Positions 61,222 through 64,000 of a DNA stretch of 64,000 nt are shown here, piece by piece. Within the stretch, counting starts at the first letter, position 1. Each line of letters begins with the position of its first letter. The notes beneath the pieces are model-generated. The model worked only from the letters and a program-made list of their open reading frames with translations. It was not told where the DNA came from and ran no database searches. The stretch covers positions 43,974-107,973 of the forward strand of contig QCEG01000003.1 in the NCBI GenBank assembly GCA_003278535.1. The letters run 5' to 3'. Both the position numbers and the translations under genes were made by a program. This DNA is from Prochlorococcus sp. AG-355-N18. Lineage in GTDB: Bacteria > Cyanobacteriota > Cyanobacteriia > PCC-6307 > Cyanobiaceae.

Positions 61222-61602
61222 CTATATAAGTTTATTTTTCCCATTACCAGTCTTACCAAAGCCTAGCCAGATGAACCACAAGATCCATCCGAAGATAGGT
61301 ATTAAATTAATAAAGATCCATTTCCAATCTTTACCAAAGTCTCTGATTCTTCTTATATCAATAGCTATTTGAGGAATGACACAAACTAATCCATAAGCAT
61401 TGAATCCAAACGTTTTTAAAAATATGGGGATAGTTAGTAAAGAAATTATAAGATTCGCTAATTGAACTAACCACCAGTCTGATCGAGATGTGAATCCTTT
61501 GAATTCTGTAGCTTTAACCCAAAACTCCTTATATGCATTAAAAAAGTTATTAAGTATATATTCAAAATTCAAGGAATTAAATACTATCAGTTTAATCTTC
61601 AA
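61222..61602 (-). CDS. DUF805-family membrane protein
   Basis: 126 aa. ...GFTSRSDWW... and RRIRDFGKDWKWIFINLIPIFGWILWFIW are typical of DUF805. Confidence 0.65.
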   Translation of the reverse strand: MKIKLIVFNSLNFEYILNNFFNAYKEFWVKATEFKGFTSRSDWWLVQLANLIISLLTIPIFLKTFGFNAYGLVCVIPQIAIDIRRIRDFGKDWKWIFINLIPIFGWILWFIWLGFGKTGNGKNKLI

Positions 61603-62392
61603 TTTCTCAAAATGTTTTTTATTTACTAAATAGGATCAAATAAATTCATATCATTTGAATCTTGTTTTTGGAGCTCATCTCGATTTGGTAATGAACAGAA
61701 TCCGTCTTTGCAAATCATCTTTTCTTTTTCAATACTTGTAGTTTCTGAGAATATATTTTTGTTATTGTTATTTGAAGATTCTTTCAGCATTTATATAAAA
61801 AAATAAAATCCAATATTAAATTAATAACTCAATTTATTTTGATAAGCAATAAATTTAATATTAATTATTTATTTACTTTTTTTGATTTGGCAAGTCTCTC
61901 CAAAAAAGCGCCATTATATAAATGAATAAAGATATAGAACAAATATAAAGTAAAGAATTTAGATGCATTTTTATTTATTAAAGTAATAACAAAGAGAGCC
62001 TTTCATAAAAATGGGATTTCAACAGATTGGTAATTTTTGACTTAGCAATCAAACAAATTCTAGTATTTATTCGAGTTTTTTATGCTTTTTCCAAACTTTG
62101 AGAAGGAAAATTTTTTAAATTTTTGGAATATATCTATTCAGTTAGTAAAACTTATAAATCTAAGGGTTTTATAAATCTAATCAAATTCTACATTTTTAAA
62201 TGTTTTTGTATTTCATGATCTATCCTTATTTATTTCTTTTAAGGCTTTTCTACCTTCCTTAAGGGTTATCAAGATAAGCCAAGACAGAGATGAAATAAGA
62301 AAAATTGTAAGTGTTATCAGGGAAATGTGAGTTGTATCAATATGGTTAGTCAATCTAATGAAATTCTTCAGAGATTTTAAATTCAAAAAATT

Positions 62393-62572
62393 TCAAACTT
62401 CAGATCTAGAGTAAGCAGGTATAAGCATTCCGCCATCTTGGTCATCGTTATCATCATCGAAACCACCCCCTAGAAGTAACTCAATAATTACTAGTACAGC
62501 TATAGGATAAAGACACCACAATATTGCTGTAAAAGGACTTACTGCGGAAGAGGCTGAGTAGAATTCTGTCAT
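62393..62572 (-). CDS. 59-aa TM protein with acidic DDxxDDQDGG tail motif
   Basis: MTEFYSASSAVSPFTAILWCLYPIAVLVIIELLLGGGFDDDNDDQDGGMLIPAYSRSEV*. Paralog at 63704..63838. Confidence 0.45.
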   Translation of the reverse strand: MTEFYSASSAVSPFTAILWCLYPIAVLVIIELLLGGGFDDDNDDQDGGMLIPAYSRSEV

Positions 62573-63308
62573 GGGTAAATATTAATCTAAAGAAACAACA
62601 ATTGTGGATCCTCCGTTAAGTGTATTTCTATATTTTTCTAAATATTTTTTAAACTTTTATGCCGCACGATAAATCTTTGGCATTTATTTATATTTTTATT
62701 CTTCAATATGAATTTGAATAATAATTATGTTGAACCTACTGAGAAACTAATAAAGACATAATGAATCACGTAATTGTTATTTTTTATACTTAACAATAAT
62801 TGTACAATTTTGATTCAAAAACTATTATTTATCTTGATTTTATAAATGCTATGTTTTCTTTCACTTTTGATCCTTTGGCTGCGATATTTGGTATATCAGG
62901 AATTGTAGGCTTCTTTTTCTTCGTTTCTGCTGCTAAGGGAACTTCCAGTATCAATACAAAACCAAAAAAGGAATTAAATTAGAACTTATTCTGTCAGAAA
63001 ACTAAATTGAAATTTTAAATTTAGTATTTAAAAGGCTTGTTAATTATTACTTATTCCATTGTTTAGAAATAAATTCAAGAAAATCTTTTAGATCCTCCTC
63101 AGGACAACTTGTTTGTTTTTGTAAATCAATGCAAATTTGCTTAATATTTTCAAAGGCCTTTTTTACTATTTCGTTTTTTTCAATAACTTCAAAATATTCT
63201 TGATCAGTAAAAGGCATAATATTAGTTTCCTTCTTGAAAATTATTTATTAACTATATTTTATCTACATTGACTTAACAGTAAAGAAGAAAAAATCTTTTT
63301 TCTTAAAT

Positions 63309-63584
63309 TTAGCTACCCAATCGATAATGTTTTTTAATACTTTTGGTTACTTCCCATTCGCAGTTAAGTCCAGCAGGAAACTCAACCAGATCTCCAGCTT
63401 TAATCACGTAAATGTCACCGTTTTGGGTACTTATTTTCGCTTGACCTTCAACAATTAAGCAAATTTCCTTATCATCGTAATTCCATTGAAATTTGCTTGG
63501 CTCACATTCCCAAATAGGCCAACTTTTTATTCCATACTGAATTATTACGCTTGCACTACAGGGGGAAGATATTAGAACTTTCAC
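63309..63584 (-). CDS. Small cupin (DUF861/cupin_3-like)
   Basis: 91 aa. ...IKSWPIWECEPSKFQWNYDDKEICLIVEG......GDLVEFPAGLNCEWEV...KKHY. Confidence 0.65.
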   Translation of the reverse strand: MKVLISSPCSASVIIQYGIKSWPIWECEPSKFQWNYDDKEICLIVEGQAKISTQNGDIYVIKAGDLVEFPAGLNCEWEVTKSIKKHYRLGS

Positions 63585-63703
63585 GAAATAATTCTGTGTT
63601 TTTTTTTATTTTACAAATAAAAGAAATATTTATTTTAGAGAATGTGTATTTCTTTACTGTCCTTTATTTTTTTTCGTTTATTATAAATAAAAATTTCCAA
63701 TTT

Positions 63704-63838
63704 ATGGATGAGCTTTCTGTATTGTCAATTTCGCTATCTATAGCTTCTCTAGGAATATTTTTTTTATTTTTCGCTTCAAATGATGATGATGACCAAGATG
63801 GAGGTAAGTTGATTAAATCATTAGAAAGAATTAATTAA
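63704..63838 (+). CDS. 44-aa TM protein with acidic DDDDQDGG tail motif
   Basis: Internal Met of the track ORF: MDELSVLSISLSIASLGIFFLFFASNDDDDQDGGKLIKSLERIN*. Confidence 0.45.
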   Translation: MDELSVLSISLSIASLGIFFLFFASNDDDDQDGGKLIKSLERIN

Positions 63839-64000
63839 TTCCAAGTAAATAAAACATTTAATAGAGATTTATAACATATAAAGCCTGCATAAATGCAACT
63901 TAAAAAAATAACATAAACTTCCAATGTCCCGAGTCTTTTTTTCTTTAATGTTTTCATTGTTTTGATTGTATATAGGGTAATTTTATTTAATTTGATTTTT

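Overview
The window looks like a low-GC marine picocyanobacterial chromosome. Gene content, hli genes and AT-richness suggest high-light-clade Prochlorococcus; this is inference from memory, not a search.

nt 1-21391 is a syntenic core block: atpH-atpA-atpG, a plant-type ferredoxin, nadE-nadD, pepP, PSRP-3/ycf65, atpD-atpC (beta/epsilon), groES-groEL, secG, gpmI, pyrR, an Hsp70-like gene and rpoZ.

From about 21.4 kb to the window end the sequence is a hypervariable genomic island with four notable parts:
1. A roughly 10.4-kb candidate integrative element (21407-31762) bounded by a perfect 23-bp direct repeat. It carries an atypical two-ORF tyrosine-recombinase locus, RHH and HTH proteins, GTGTGGAC boxes, and a striking ~670-bp GC-rich iteron array (25838-26509) that no ORF explains.
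2. An operon (35697-41697) that I read as a Ni-dependent guanidine hydrolase with HypA/HypB-like metallochaperones and an ABC importer, with an appended Rieske oxygenase.
3. Dozens of small ORFs below the 60-aa track cutoff. Many are supported by in-window paralogy, ATGA/TAATG coupling or strong GGAGG Shine-Dalgarno sites.
4. A candidate glutamine (Downstream-peptide type) riboswitch with a YRG-motif micro-ORF, a terminator/antiterminator-like leader, three hli genes, two membrane desaturases, and a decayed paralog of an element cargo gene.

I could not recognise any rRNA, convincing tRNA or CRISPR array. All family assignments are by-eye motif recognition and need HMM/BLAST confirmation.
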